From positions 396,800,001 through 396,864,000 of the forward strand of contig OZ024740.1 of the NCBI GenBank assembly GCA_964016885.1: 64,000 nucleotides of DNA, written 5' to 3'. This DNA is from Eledone cirrhosa (Eukaryota). This document shows, one piece after another, positions 39,851 to 52,547 of this stretch; positions within the stretch are counted from its first letter, which is position 1, and each line of letters begins with the position of its first letter. Below the pieces are notes generated by a model. The model was given only the letters and a program-made list of their open reading frames with translations. It was not told the origin of the DNA and did no database searches. The translations under genes and the position numbers were made by a program.

Positions 39851-40125
39851 TATTTAGCCTTAATAAAATGAATATTTAAACTTTACTTTGGTATTGAGTA
39901 CTCATTTCCCTCAGCCACCAACTACATACGGATATATATTTATATATATAAACAGTAATAACAACTACGATTTTACCTCACTGTATTTTGTGCTAGGTTC
40001 AATACAATTTGTATCAAAAAGCGCTAACGTGAAACTCTGAGTAACACAAGTGGAAAAATCATCACAATTTTAATTGTTGAGAGGTCAGTAAAGGAATCAT
40101 AATCATTATTGTTTGGGTCCTTCAT

Positions 40126-40270
40126 GTTCTGAGTTCGAATTCCACTGAAGTCAACTTTATCTTTCATCTATCCAGAGAGGATAAAATATGTACCAGTTAC
40201 ATACTGGTGTTGATATAATAGACTATCCCCTCTTCTCAAATTGCTGGCTTTGTGTCTAGATTAGAAACCA
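40126..40270 (+). mobile_element. SINE family A, diverged copy
   Basis: B-box-like GAGTTCGAATTCC followed by GTCAACTTTATCTTTCATC...GTACCAGT...TTGCTGGCTTTGTG. Confidence 0.7.
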
Positions 40271-41275
40271 TTATCAGATCTAACTTATATATTGAATAAC
40301 TTTTCCTTATGAATGAGAAGTTGTTGAAAATCAAATATGTATTTTAACAAGCTCTACGTTGTTTTGGTAATTTATTTATCAAAGGCATGTTGAATATTTG
40401 TGCATATGAGTAGGCTTGACCACCCTACATTTTTCATGGTTCTCAGTATTCTATGCAATACTGATTTATGTTGCTTCAGTAATTGTTCTGTTTTCAAGTG
40501 TTCCCTGTCAGAAAAATCAGAATGAAGCAATTTCACACGTAATTTATGTTTAGCAACTAGAAGCTTAGATATTTTTGAATTATTTTCCCCAGATCAATCT
40601 TTGTCTTTACATGTTCTAAAGACCAAAATATCAGTTGATGGGGTGAAAAAGTCTGTCCATGAACCAAGTAGAGAATATACAAGAGTTTCACAAAATGATG
40701 CAGAAATTATAGTATCTTGGTTTTTGATAACAATCAACTGTTTCTGAACTTTTGTGCTATATTTTTGTAAACTTTTCTCTAATAACCAGTTTTAGCTTTA
40801 CTTGCCTGAGGTAGCTGATTCCTCCAACATGTAAAAGACTTTAACACTATTGACATTGTCAATCAAGGAATTTTAGGCTTATGTTTGTTAACTATTAGTG
40901 TATTATTTATTATGAGACAAGTAGCATAGCTAGAGTGTATTTGTGGCAACCATAAAAGTGTTGAATGGGTCGGACTGCCCCTTCCCTCCATTTGCCAGCT
41001 AGGCTACTTCATAAGACCCAATTCAGAATATAGCTGTCACAAGCATTTTACCAATACCTCGTTCAGGAGGATTCTCACAACATGCCCTAAATATATCTTT
41101 TATTTGTTTATGTTGTTAGATGTATTGCTTCCACTGAAGTAAACAGCCATCAATTGTGGCAAACTGACCAGTTATAAGGCAGGCAATGTTTGGGACACCT
41201 TTTCTGCCCCCTACTCTATAAATATTCTTAGGATCCATCCTGCTAGCCATTTACAAAATGTTTCATTTTAGTTAT

Positions 41276-41496
41276 CCCTTTAGCAATTACATTACTGTAT
41301 ATATACTGTTGTATTTTTGTTGCAAAGGCTTTATCTTACATAATTATCTCACAAAATATCAAATCTACGAGGTTTTGATAATATTCATTTTAAGAACAAT
41401 ACCTTAACGTCAGTATGAACAGCCGGCTATGACCAGTTTGAACAGAAAGAGGTGAGAGAAATTTGGCTGGATATGGCTGGTTCAAATGCTAAAGGG
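41276..41496. mobile_element. piggyBac-type MITE, second copy
   Basis: Same TIRs (CCCTTTAGCA/TGCTAAAGGG) and internal sequence as 38183-38395; flanked by TTAT on both sides. Confidence 0.88.
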
Positions 41497-42150
41497 TTAT
41501 AGTCGTATGCAATCATGAATAAATCATAGCTTGAATGCCTTTGAGTATAGGTCTACTCAATAATGGCTAACCCAGGGTTAAAAAACAGAGGGATGGCCAC
41601 TTTGCTTGATCAGAGTTAAACAACAAGACAAGCAGTTTCATTTTCACCTATCTCCACATACACTCAGTTACTTGTAAATTTGATATTTTTACTGATTTGT
41701 GGAGAGTTTGTTGAAATATTCACGTTTTTTTTAGGAATATATTTGATTAATTTTAATTTTATCTATTGTCAGAATTTAACAAAATTGTGTATGATGCACA
41801 TGTGTATGGTTGGTGATAATGTTTGAGTTTGGTGTGGTAGTGTCTGTATGCAAATATATGGTGCATATGTATGTACATCTGTGTGTGTGTTAGTGTGTAC
41901 AAAAAGGTTGTTATGTGTGGTAACAGCTAAGAGGTTAGGGAAAATATAGTGAAGAAGAAGAAGAAATATAAAATGTAAAAAGGAGTGAATAAATAAAAGG
42001 AAATGGTGAAAATAAGTTAAAAGAAGACAGAAAAAAGGGAAGAGGTGAAAGGATGAAGTCAAAAGAAGAGAAAAATAAAGAGAATTTCTTCTGGTGAGGT
42101 GATTGTATTGATTTTTCCTTCTTTCAGTGCATCTACACCTTTCTGACACC

Positions 42151-42153
<3 letters not shown>

Positions 42154-42203
<50 letters not shown>
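42154..42203. repeat. (GA)n microsatellite
   Basis: Pure GA run of 50 bp. Confidence 0.97.
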
Positions 42204-42207
<4 letters not shown>

Positions 42208-45200
42208 CGTGGTATAGACTCACACAGTTATACATTTATGGACACTCATGGACACACATACACTACCGTATATTTACAGACATAGATGTAGAACACACAA
42301 TACTAAACAGAGTCATGGATACTGGTAAATATACATACATACAGTTTCAAATACAAACACATACAGGCTGCGAGATAGACAGAATCAAACACACACAAAC
42401 ACGCACCACTCAGAAGTATTTTCACATATAGACACACACACACACAAACAAACACAAAACCATTCAGCAATATCCCTAAATAACCACTAGACCACATACA
42501 TAGATACCACACTACACCACACTTAACTATATCAGAGCATAAAAGCTAACAAGGGAGTGTTGCATGGTTATTTGACCTGCTGGAAATAGCAATTGAATCT
42601 CTTTCAATTTAAATCCTAACATCTTAAAACAAGAAAGGGCACATTAGATAATGTAGTCTTGAATGCATTTTTTTAATCATAGGGTTTTGGTTCATTAGAA
42701 TTGACCTGAAGCTAAACAACATCATAGTACAGTATTTCACCCACAACCATATTTCGCCAAGTTATACTACAACATCATACCACATTATTCCACTCTACAC
42801 CACACATTATCATACAAAATGATATCCTACAACAGTACACCACACTAAAAGTCACATGCCTGCAAAGGAACATAGTCACTTGTCCTTCTCATTGTAGCAT
42901 CTAAATCTCTCTTGAGAAGTTCCAGACTGCCAGTAAAATGTAGATTTGTTTAATAACATTACAATTTAGGACATTAGCATATCATGTAATAAAGACATTG
43001 TTGTTGTTACAGCTCACATTTGTGTAGGTTTAGCTATTATCCTATGAAGCTGCATCTCATAAGAGGTTGCTTAGGTGTTTTAATGCAGGTGTCCCAGTCC
43101 TATCATTTTTCTGGTGACAGAAAGCAAGATTTGAACTAGAATACACAGAGCCAAAACAGATACTGAAAGGCATCTTGTCTAAGGTTCTAGCTATAGTACC
43201 AATCCACTGCCCAGGACTGATTTTTTTTTATTCATTGACCCCAAAAAGATAAAAGGGATTTGCATTCAGATCACCAAAAGACATGATTTGAGACTCAAAT
43301 GATTGCAAATTCTATGCCCTTTTTTTGTAATAAAAATGGTATGGTTAGAATTCCATACTAATTCTTCATTTTATCAACCACCCTCTATACACAGAATGGT
43401 ATATAATTCTAAACCACATGGGAGTATCAGGAGGATCTGTTTATTGACTATATTTTATCATTATATGCATGACTACCTTTCCTTATTTCATATCATGCAC
43501 ATATTCTATGCATTTGATATTTCAGTCACCGTCTCCCACAGCTCTGTAGACACACTGACTGAACCATAACCATACATACACACCAAATCATCACATTCAT
43601 TATCAATGCTGTATAGTTTTATCTTAGTCACTCATACAGAAGACTCAAATCCTAGCAATCACAAACATCTCACTTCTTACATAGAGGACACAGACCAAAA
43701 CAACCAATAAAGGAACCTTTACATGATCACTTGATATGTTAAAAACAGGAACAAAATTTCCTTTAAATCATGTCTTACTCTGAAAAATTATATCTAAGAC
43801 TACATTGGATTATGTAGAATTAGATACATGATACCTGAAAAATAAAATGGATGACCAATGCTGAAATCCTTTAAAAAAAATTATATGTCTGATCAATCAG
43901 GGCCAAGCTAGGGCTAAAAACAACACCAACAACAATAGATAATACACTGCAAGCACTTACTAATAAAACATTTGAGTGAAAATAAGAAAACGACAACATT
44001 AATATATGAACAATACTTTTTGGGTGCCAAATTTAATCCTTCAGCAATGTAAAAACAATCTGTAAATCATTATCCCAGTTCTGGTGTACTGTGTTGTTGT
44101 TGCTGGCATTAAACAACAGAAGCAATTGTTTAATGCCAGATCAGTCTTGACAGAGGAATTCAAAGGAATTTCAGCCTGCGGGAGCCTCTACATGGTTGCT
44201 CAACCTGTTAGAATTTGCAACCAAATACGTCTCAAATTACATCCTATTACATGCAATACTCAAGAGAAAGATGGAATATTCATAGGTCTACTAGATCAGA
44301 GTTGATCTAGGGTTAACCAACAACAATACACTTAAACACCGAACAACTATACCGAAGTAAATTAATACTGAACTAGATGTGAAAGAAACACTATTATCCA
44401 CTCTAACCCACACAGCCACTTTAACTATATGTTCAAATAGTCACAAACATTTAGACACCATACAATACTAAGTTAAAATGATTATATCTTTCATCTGCTC
44501 AGAATTAACACAAAACATATTCCCCTCAACATAACTGAAATATCAAGAGACACATTGTGCCAATAATTTCAGTGAATTTCTCTTTTCTCATCTGTTTGTG
44601 ACTACACCCCAGATTTTCATAGAAAATCATGGTCAACTAATATATGGCAGAGAGTAGGTCTTTAGCTCAATAGCGAGAAGTACATATCTGGGGAGCAAAA
44701 CATTATATACTAAATATTTGACTACAGATGACTGGCACTACTCATTTCCAACACATCCATATTTATCACACCTTAATAAGCCATAATAAATAATAACATA
44801 TCACAGTAGCACCAAATAGATTTACCAACACCCAGCTCATAAGTAACACTAGAAACCACCACCATCTATCTCAATAAAATCAACATCCAACATACATGAA
44901 AGACCAAGACCCTAATTAGGCTGAAAACAAAGAGAACATTTTCCCTTGGTAGTGGTAGTTTTCATGGTGATGTTGGAAGTTGTTACTTAACCCCAGAGCA
45001 GCTTTTAAGAACCATTCCATCTTTATCTCACACTAATTACCAAAATGTCCTTTTTTCTGAAAGAGATATATGGTTGTTGGTTGCAGCAGGTGGAACATAA
45101 AGGCTCCCTCATTAACTTGTGATGCTTATGGTATATATGGCGGTAGTTGTGGTCATGGTAGTAGTGAAGGGGGTGGTAATACTCTTAATTGTCAGAAACA

Positions 45201-45209
45201 TGGTAGAAG

Positions 45210-45370
45210 GTATACAGGATTGGCTGAGTGGTAAAGAAGTTTGCTTTGCTGACATGAGATCCTTGATTCAAACTGAATCTGTACAATCTCAGGCATATCT
45301 CTTGCCTTTCACCATAGTTTTGGATTGATTCCAGCTTTGTGAAGGCCGACAGAAGTTGTGTAAAATCCCA
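45210..45370 (+). mobile_element. Old tRNA-derived SINE remnant
   Basis: A-box-like TGGCTGAGTGG and B-box-like GATTCAAAC at tRNA-like spacing; the remainder is highly diverged. Confidence 0.4.
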
Positions 45371-45559
45371 TTGGATGGACTGTACAGGTATTTTAGAGGA
45401 CCAGCCATATCATACACTGTCATGCTGATTTTACCTGGGAATTACATTAAAGGTGCATAATATAGTAGTTCATTGATTAAACAGTTAGAATATTCCTTGT
45501 TCCAAACGATGGGGGATCCATTTACTATTTTAATGTGTCTGTGTATGTATGCATTTATG

Positions 45560-45770
45560 TGCCTGTGCATATGTGTGCATGTATGCATGTGTTTGTGTAT
45601 GTGCATGAATGTGTGCATACCTGTGCATATGTGAGCATGTGTGCATACCTGTGCATATGTGAGCATGTGTGTGTGCATACCTGTGCATATGTGAGCATGA
45701 GTGTGTATGTGTGTGTGTGTGTGTGCAATCCTGTGCATATGTGAGCATGAATGTGTGTGTGTGCATGTCT
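45560..45770. repeat. TG-rich minisatellite, about 28-32-bp unit
   Basis: CCTGTGCATATGTGAGCATG recurs four times with variable (TG)n spacers. Confidence 0.85.
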
Positions 45771-46859
45771 TGACAGCACCAAGTGCGACGCATTGCTCTA
45801 TATTTCATTATAAATGGTTATAGGGGATCAGCCTATGTTTATGCAGCAGTATTTCAATACACATATATGTACAGGTGATCTTATCTGCATGGCTATTTAT
45901 ATTTTTATCTCTGTATTTATCTATGTGCATTTGCTTGGTGCTTGTTGTTGGCCCCAAGTCAACTTTGATTAAGCAGACTTATGAACAAAAGTGTTCAAGC
46001 TATGACCATCCTGCTTTTGTTTTTCAAATATAGCATCAATATGTCCTTCATTTCTTTAAGATGGCAGGGTGTGATTTGACAGATTATCATTATTGTACAG
46101 ATACTCTACCATGGACTATTATATTGGAATTGGAAGGATACAGATGACGTTGAGTGCTTGAACCTAATTATATTATTGCTTAGTGATTGGTGCGTTGCAA
46201 AGGCAACCCCAGTTAGTCAAGAATTTATAACATTGATAAAAAAAGAATATATATTTCTAAAAGTTTGTGTATGTCTCGTTTATTCTCCTCTCTCACTTTT
46301 GTGTAACAATTTTTTGTTCCTCCCTCTCCTCCTGTCTCATTTCAAACTGTGTATGTTTTACCTCTCTTCCCACTACTCATTTGCTCTTCTCTATTGCTAT
46401 CTATTCTCTTTTATAAACCCCCTCCACACTTTAACTCTCTTCCTTTTCCCCAGGTGCTCAGTTGTTCTCATAATGAACACTCTCTATAGTTATGTATTTA
46501 TTGTACCCTTTTTTATAACTCTTCCTTTTTTCTTTCTCCATACTTTGGAACATTTTCTTTAGTTGCCATTTAACCAATTTATCATATGTATTAAGTTTTT
46601 TCATTAAAAAGAAAAAAGACAATATGTATGACCGATGAGACTGATATTGTTGATGTTGTTGTGGTAGTGGTAGTAATGTTGGGGTGTTGTAGTGGTGTGT
46701 TTTGATGGGTTGTTGGTGCAGTGGTGGTGGTGTGGTAGAGGTGGTGTTGTGGTGGTGTGTAATTTGTTGTGTATTGATATGCTAGGTGGTGCTGTGTTAT
46801 GTATCTTTTAATTATTATTTGCTCCGTCATAAGTGGAGGAAGCGTCTCTGCCCAAGACT

Positions 46860-47165
46860 TTTGCAGTTCTCCTGCGACTGATGAAATGGAAGCTGTTGAT
46901 GTTCAGTTTAAATTGTTGCAAGTTGACTCCAGCATGAAAGACATATGCAGAGAAAGAATTACAAAGGAGTGAATGTCTGGTGAGGAAGAACTGTGTGTAA
47001 TGGTTATTGCATGATATGGAGAGTTGGTCCCAATATGGGTGATGAAAGTAGAAGAGGTGAGAGAAAGGAGCACCTGAACGAAAGTGGCCTGAGGTTAGTC
47101 TGTTCTGAGGAGCAGATGCCATTGAAGTAGCAATAGAAATGTATGTCAGAGGCTGGAGCATATTT
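46860..47165 (-). mobile_element. Decayed CR1/Jockey-group LINE C-terminal fragment
   Basis: HPY...NHYTQFFLTRHSLLCNSFSAYVF...NLQQFKLNIN resembles the FF.RT..LWNSLP..VFP...NL..FK C-terminal motif. Confidence 0.55.
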
Positions 47166-47956
47166 GTCAATTATGCCAATCATAAATTAATATAATTAAT
47201 ATAATTAGTTCAGGGCCAGAGAATCAAACTCTCTACCCACACACAATTGTTTTTCTCACTATTTAACGTATTAGTGTACATTCTATTTTCCTTTGGTTGG
47301 TATCTTAATGATACTGGCTTAATTAAAGCATTGAATAAATGGGAAAATGATCGAAGGTATATCGGTCATATCCAATGACTTTGTTTCAGTATTACTATAT
47401 ATATATATATAACATGTATATATATCTGTGTTTATGTATATATATATGTGTGTGTATATATTTATATATATCTTCCCTCTGCCTTCTAGTCAGGGCCGCC
47501 ATCATACAGTGCAAGCAATCTGGCTTTCCTTTTCTCCTCTAGCATCACTTTCTCAACCTTTAGCATCCAGTCATGCTGCAATCACACTGCACAAATGAGC
47601 TGGCTTTCTCCTCTTATCTCCTAACCTTTAGCTTGGTAGAACCAAAATCGAAGCAGATAAGCTGATTTTCTCTAGTCCTTTCCATTTTTCTGAATTAACC
47701 AAACCTCATTTTTGACATTTCTATTAATTTGTTTTTATTACAATGTTTACCAGTCATTTTCTTGCTCTAACCTTTTGCTATAGCATTTCCGCATCCCTTC
47801 CCCCCTCCTCTGTCCACCACTGTTTGTCAGACATGGACTTGCAACCCTCCTCTCCACCACATTCCCACCTGCTGCTTTTCACACCTTCACAATCACTCTC
47901 CTACATCAATAATGCCAATTTGCTCCTGAGCTTTGTAAGCTCTTGAGACAGCAGAT

Positions 47957-48216
47957 CATCTAAGATGGGAGGGAATCTAAATTACAAATGACCTCCTGGG
48001 GCAGATGTGGATCTCAAACCTGAAATGAAAGTAGCCCATCTAAGAGAGCAGTAACTTTGATTAAAAATGACTGCACAGGGCTGATGTGAACTCTGCAAGC
48101 CATGGTGGCAGCAACCCATCTAGGAGGGCAGTAACTCCAATTAAAAACGACTGCATGGGGCAGACATGTGCTCCATAAACCATAGTGAAGGGAACCCATC
48201 TAGGAAAGTAGATACT
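47957..48216 (+). repeat. Four diverged 80-bp tandem units with conserved predicted RNA structure
   Basis: CATCTA(A/G)G at 47957, 48037, 48117 and 48197 (exact 80-bp period); see findings. Confidence 0.85.
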
Positions 48217-48855
48217 CAAAATAAAACCAGAGACAGGGTGGAGAGGAATTTTAAGCTTGGTAAGACAACATCTCTAGTACCGGTGGCATGAATAATACAC
48301 CCAGTCAACACTATAAAGTGGTTGGTGATAGGAAGGGCATCCAGCCAGAATAACCCTGCCATAAACATGAAAAATAAGACAAGTATGATTCTCAATAATT
48401 GTATATACAGGACTAACACTAGTCATGTTAATGCTGCACATGGTAGTGGGTGGCTAGAGTAGCCATGTGTGAGAACCTCTCGACCGTCATCAACCAATCG
48501 CATAACCCTTTTCCCTTTCAGATACATATAACTTCTACCCAAGGAAGTAACACCTGGCAAGGTACAATCTCAGGACTGCCACCCTCAATGTTGGTACACT
48601 GAAAGGTAAATTGGGTGAAATTGTGGAGCTGCTAGAGACAGGAGAAGTGGATATATGCTGTGTACAGGAGGTGAGATGGATGGCTGACTCAGCGAGACTT
48701 ATGACAGGCAAACAGCATATATACAAGCTTTACTGGATAGGAAATAACGATGGGGTAGGAGGTGTAGGCATCTTACTAGCTGAGATAAAGTGATAGAAGT
48801 AGTTAGAGTAAGTGGCAGTATTATCAAGCTTAGATTAGCAGTAGAAAATAATTGT

Positions 48856-49036
48856 TTCTACAATAGGCACAAGGCCAGCAATTATCCCAGTGTATTACTG
48901 GTACTTTATTTTATCGACCCCCGTTAGGATGAAAGGCAAAGTTAACCTCGACGGGATTTGAACTCAGAATGGCAAGAGCCATACCTCTATGCGTCAAAGC
49001 ATGGCATCCGACCCTCTACCGATACTGCCAATTCAC
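48856..49036 (-). mobile_element. SINE family A inserted in the RTE endonuclease region
   Basis: 13-bp TSD AGAAAATAATTGT at 48843-48855 and 49037-49049; reverse-strand B-box-like GAGTTCAAATCC. Confidence 0.9.
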
Positions 49037-49737
49037 AGAAAATAATTGTGACAATTACATCTACCTATGCCCCACAGGTAGGACTGAGTAAAGAACAAAA
49101 AGAGAGGTTCTATGAGGAACTTTTACAGACAACTTCAGGTACCAATGAAGGTGATCTTATCATTATGGCAGGCGAATTCAATGGACATGTGGCACAATAC
49201 CAGGATGGATTCAGCGGAGTTCCTGGTGACTATGTTTATGGCTCAAGAAATGAATATGAATTGAGGCTCCTGGAGTTCTGTGACACAAATGAACTAATCA
49301 TAGGCAACACATATTTCAGGAAACCAGCCAGTCAGCCACTTGATCTCATATCAATCATGCAAATACAAAAAGCTAATTGATTACTTACGCATAAGACAAG
49401 ATAAACGGACTAATAAATACTAAGGCCTTCCCTGGGGAAGAATACTGAGTTTGCATGGAGTTGAGGGAAAAGCTGGGTTTAAGAGGAATCCAAGGTGGTG
49501 TGCAGGAGAGAAGACTGCGTTGGTAAGGACATATGATGCGCATAGACAATGAGTGCTGGGTGAAGAAGTGCCAGGAAATCCCAGTGGAAGGAAGTTGCAG
49601 TCAAGGTAGACCAAGAAAGACCTGATCAGCGGTGGTGTGAGCTGACCTCAAATTGCCGAGACTCACAGAGGAGATAATAGCATACATTACATACATATAT
49701 AAACATGTATATGTGCCTCTCTTTATATGTATGTGTT

Positions 49738-49806
<69 letters not shown>

Positions 49807-49839
49807 ATGTTATCTATCTATCTATATATATATATATGA

Positions 49840-50370
49840 GGGTCATGGGGGAAAAGTTGTCCGACACTCCTTCCAGTGGGTCCTATCAGAAGGGGCCATT
49901 TCCAACTGATCCAGCTGGATCCCCAAGTGATCTCCTGCCAGTTGGTTTTGCCCATAACATCTGTCCAGCAATTCTTTTCTGAAACATTCTAACCACATGC
50001 CCATAATATCGGGTCTGTGACCGCTCAATTTGGAGAAGTAGCAGCTCTACTTGCAGTAATTCTCTCAGCTATGAGCTATGCATTCTATCGAGGAATGTTA
50101 CTCCAAACACCCTTTGAAGGAACCCCATTTCAGCTGCTTGTATTCATGATCATATTCTTTCTGTCATTAACCAAGATTCCCGACCATAGGTAAGGGTTGG
50201 CACGAATACTGAATTGAAGATATCAAATTTGGCCTTTACACCTATGTCCCTTTTTCTGATGACAATGCTGAAGCTGCCGCATTACTGCATCAGCTCCTGC
50301 AATTCTTGCACCTAATTCAACTTTCTGCTTGTCATCACTCGTGAACACGACCCCAAAACTTCTCCATCTG
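49840..50370 (-). mobile_element. Decayed RTE (Expander/REX3-like) LINE 3' fragment
   Basis: Minus strand reads GVVFTSDD...VFVPTLTYGRESWLMTER...QAAEMGFLQRVFGVTFLDR...IERSQTRYYGHVVRM. Confidence 0.8.
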
Positions 50371-50559
50371 CTATGTTGTTAAAATAGGAACGCCCCTTGT
50401 GTTGTATGAAGCACTAATGGAGCTGGCTTCATGTGGGACAACCAACATTAAACACTGTCTCAAAAAGTTCAGCCAAACCCTTGCAGCATGAAACAGTGAC
50501 TGTAAAAATGATGATGGTGATGAAAATATATATACAGATATATACATGCATATATATCG

Positions 50560-50760
50560 TGGTGTGAGTAGGTTATGCCTGAAAGGAAGGTTGTCTGGTA
50601 AGAGAAGCAGAGGCTGGCAGCCAAAACAATGGCTTGACAACATCAACTTATGGACTGGACTTGATCTTTGCTCTTTGAACTCTGCTGCTGGTGATCAAAC
50701 TTTGTGGAGAGAGATATCACATGTTAATGCGCAGTCTGCAACTGGAGGAGTTTAGTGTCA
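50560..50760 (+). mobile_element. Short LINE 3' fragment
   Basis: LKGRLSGKRSRGWQPKQWLDNINLWTGL resembles the G.R.RGRP...W.D C-terminal motif of RTE-group LINEs. Confidence 0.55.
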
Positions 50761-50974
50761 CAAGAGATATATATAATATATGTATATATAATATATAATA
50801 TATGTATATATAATAGATAATATATGTATATATAATATATATAGATAATATATGTATATATAATATATATAGATAATATATGTATATATAATATATATAT
50901 ATATATTTTGTTTTTGAATTTGTTTTGCAAGATTTCTTATTTGAAAACATGTGTTGAAACAGATATTGTTATAC

Positions 50975-52163
50975 ATAGCTAACCTCTTTATGGTATGGTG
51001 GGACAGAAGACTTAAGGAACAATTAAATGACAATTTTATAACCCTGACTATGTACTCCCACTACGTAGATGATATAAACATAGTAGTAAAAACACCCCCA
51101 CAGGAGAACAGTTAGGAATTAGAGAAGAACACCATGGAAAGCATCCAGCAAATAGCTAACTCCATCCACCAAAGTATTAAAGTTACTATAGACTACCCAA
51201 CTAAACACCCCAACCATAGATTACCCATATTAGGCACAGAACTCTGGTTGGAAACTATTAGTAATAGAACGCAAATCCTCCATTCACATTATGCCAAACC
51301 AATGACCTCCAAACTCAGCTGTTTTGGATCACATAAACTCAGCTGTTTTGGATCACATAAAAATCAATATACTGATTGCGGACTTAGTAAGAGTGATGAG
51401 GAACATGTCCCGCATGTGCAACCCCAAAGAATTAGAGAGACACATACAACACTTCATCCACCACATGCAGTTCTCTGACTACAATCAGAGAGACAAGATC
51501 AGGGTATATAAACGAGCCAGGACCAAATGGGCAAAGATTGTAGAAAATTATGCAAATGGGATTTGCGCTATGTATGTCTATGAATAGAAAGGATTAGGAA
51601 TAAGGCAAATAAAATCAACTCATGGTATGATAGCAATAAATACCAGAGTGTAATGTTCGTCAATACAAACCCTAGAGGCGAACTAGCTTACAGATTTAGA
51701 AGGGCCCTAGACAAGCTGAAATTAAACATTAAGATAGTTGAAAGACCAGGTATTCCCATAAAAACCCTAATTAGTAAAACAGACCCATTTCAAAGAACCC
51801 CTTGCACAGATAGGAAATTCATAGTCTGCAAGCTAAGCCCACAAACTAACTGCAAAACTAGGAACGTAGTATATAGTATAAGATGCACTGAGAAACAGTG
51901 TAGGAATAAGAATATATCATACATAGGTCAACCAGCCCTTAGCATAGGAGAAAGGATAAGTGAACACTGGCGAGAACTCCATGATGAGAAAAACTCATCA
52001 GTACTCCACCAACAGGCCAAAGTAGAACATAGGGGCACATTAGAGAACATAGAAATAGAAATTATATCCACACACAGAAAAGATGCAAGGCTTAGACAAA
52101 TCACAGAGGTGACAAACATAAAAGAACAACTAAAATTAAACAGAAAACATGAGTGGAATACCA
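50975..52163 (+). mobile_element. Penelope-like element: RT C-half plus GIY-YIG endonuclease, frameshifted
   Basis: IANLFMVWWD...HYVDDINIV (RT catalytic motif), HYAKPM, DLVRVMRN, then CKTRNVVYSIRC...YIGQ...ERISEH...LNRKHEWN (ORF 51653-52213). A 24-bp tandem duplication sits at 51311-51358. Confidence 0.88.
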
Positions 52164-52547
52164 ACATCATCATCATCATCTCATCATCGTTTAACGTCCA
52201 TCTTCCACGCTAGCATGGGTTTGGACGGGAATTTTCCCACTTGGGATGGTTGTCTTGCTCGTATAGGACAGTCTGGCAGGTTTTCTACAGCTGGATGCCC
52301 TTCCTAACACCAACCACGTTTACAGTGTGGACTGGGAGGTTTTTACCGTGTTACCTACACGGCCACATTACAGTGTGGACTGTGTGTTTTTTTGTCATGA
52401 CACCTACACACCTCATTTGTTTTGGACTGGATGCTGTGGTACCAACATAACTTTACATTGGAAGGGGTGGTGTGGATGGGGTGGGAGTAGTGGGGCAGGG
52501 TGTATTTTTGTTAGAGGTGCCTACTAACTGTAGGTTTCGCTTTGTAC

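Larger units (their letters stand above)
42560..46080. repeat. Several old copies of a dispersed MITE-like family (about 42560-42722, 43715-43935, 44120-44325, 45942-46080; also 41500-41630)
   Basis: Recurrent motifs CATGGTT(A/G)..TGACCTG.T.GAAAT.GCA and ATAGGTCT.CT..ATCAG...TGA.CT.GGG.TAAACAACA in both orientations. The 44120-44325 copy has imperfect inverted ends. Boundaries are approximate. Confidence 0.55.
47957..49675 (+). mobile_element. Internally deleted RTE LINE: 5' leader, APE endonuclease, RT C-terminal tail
   Basis: TLNVGTLKG...DICCVQEVRW...YAPQVG...AGEFNGHV...GNTYFRK; at about 49450 it jumps to ELREKLGLRGI...RRLRW*GH...GRPRKT. The RT core is missing. Confidence 0.85.

Noticed and set aside
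40440-41220. Possible exon or old TE
   Set aside because: No recognisable protein motif or element boundaries.
47957-48216. Assignment of the 80-bp units to HDV-like, twister or pistol ribozymes
   Set aside because: No P3/P1.1 of HDV, no twister GGUCCCAAGCCC-type core, and no pistol P2/GCG/GU elements. Left as an unclassified structure.
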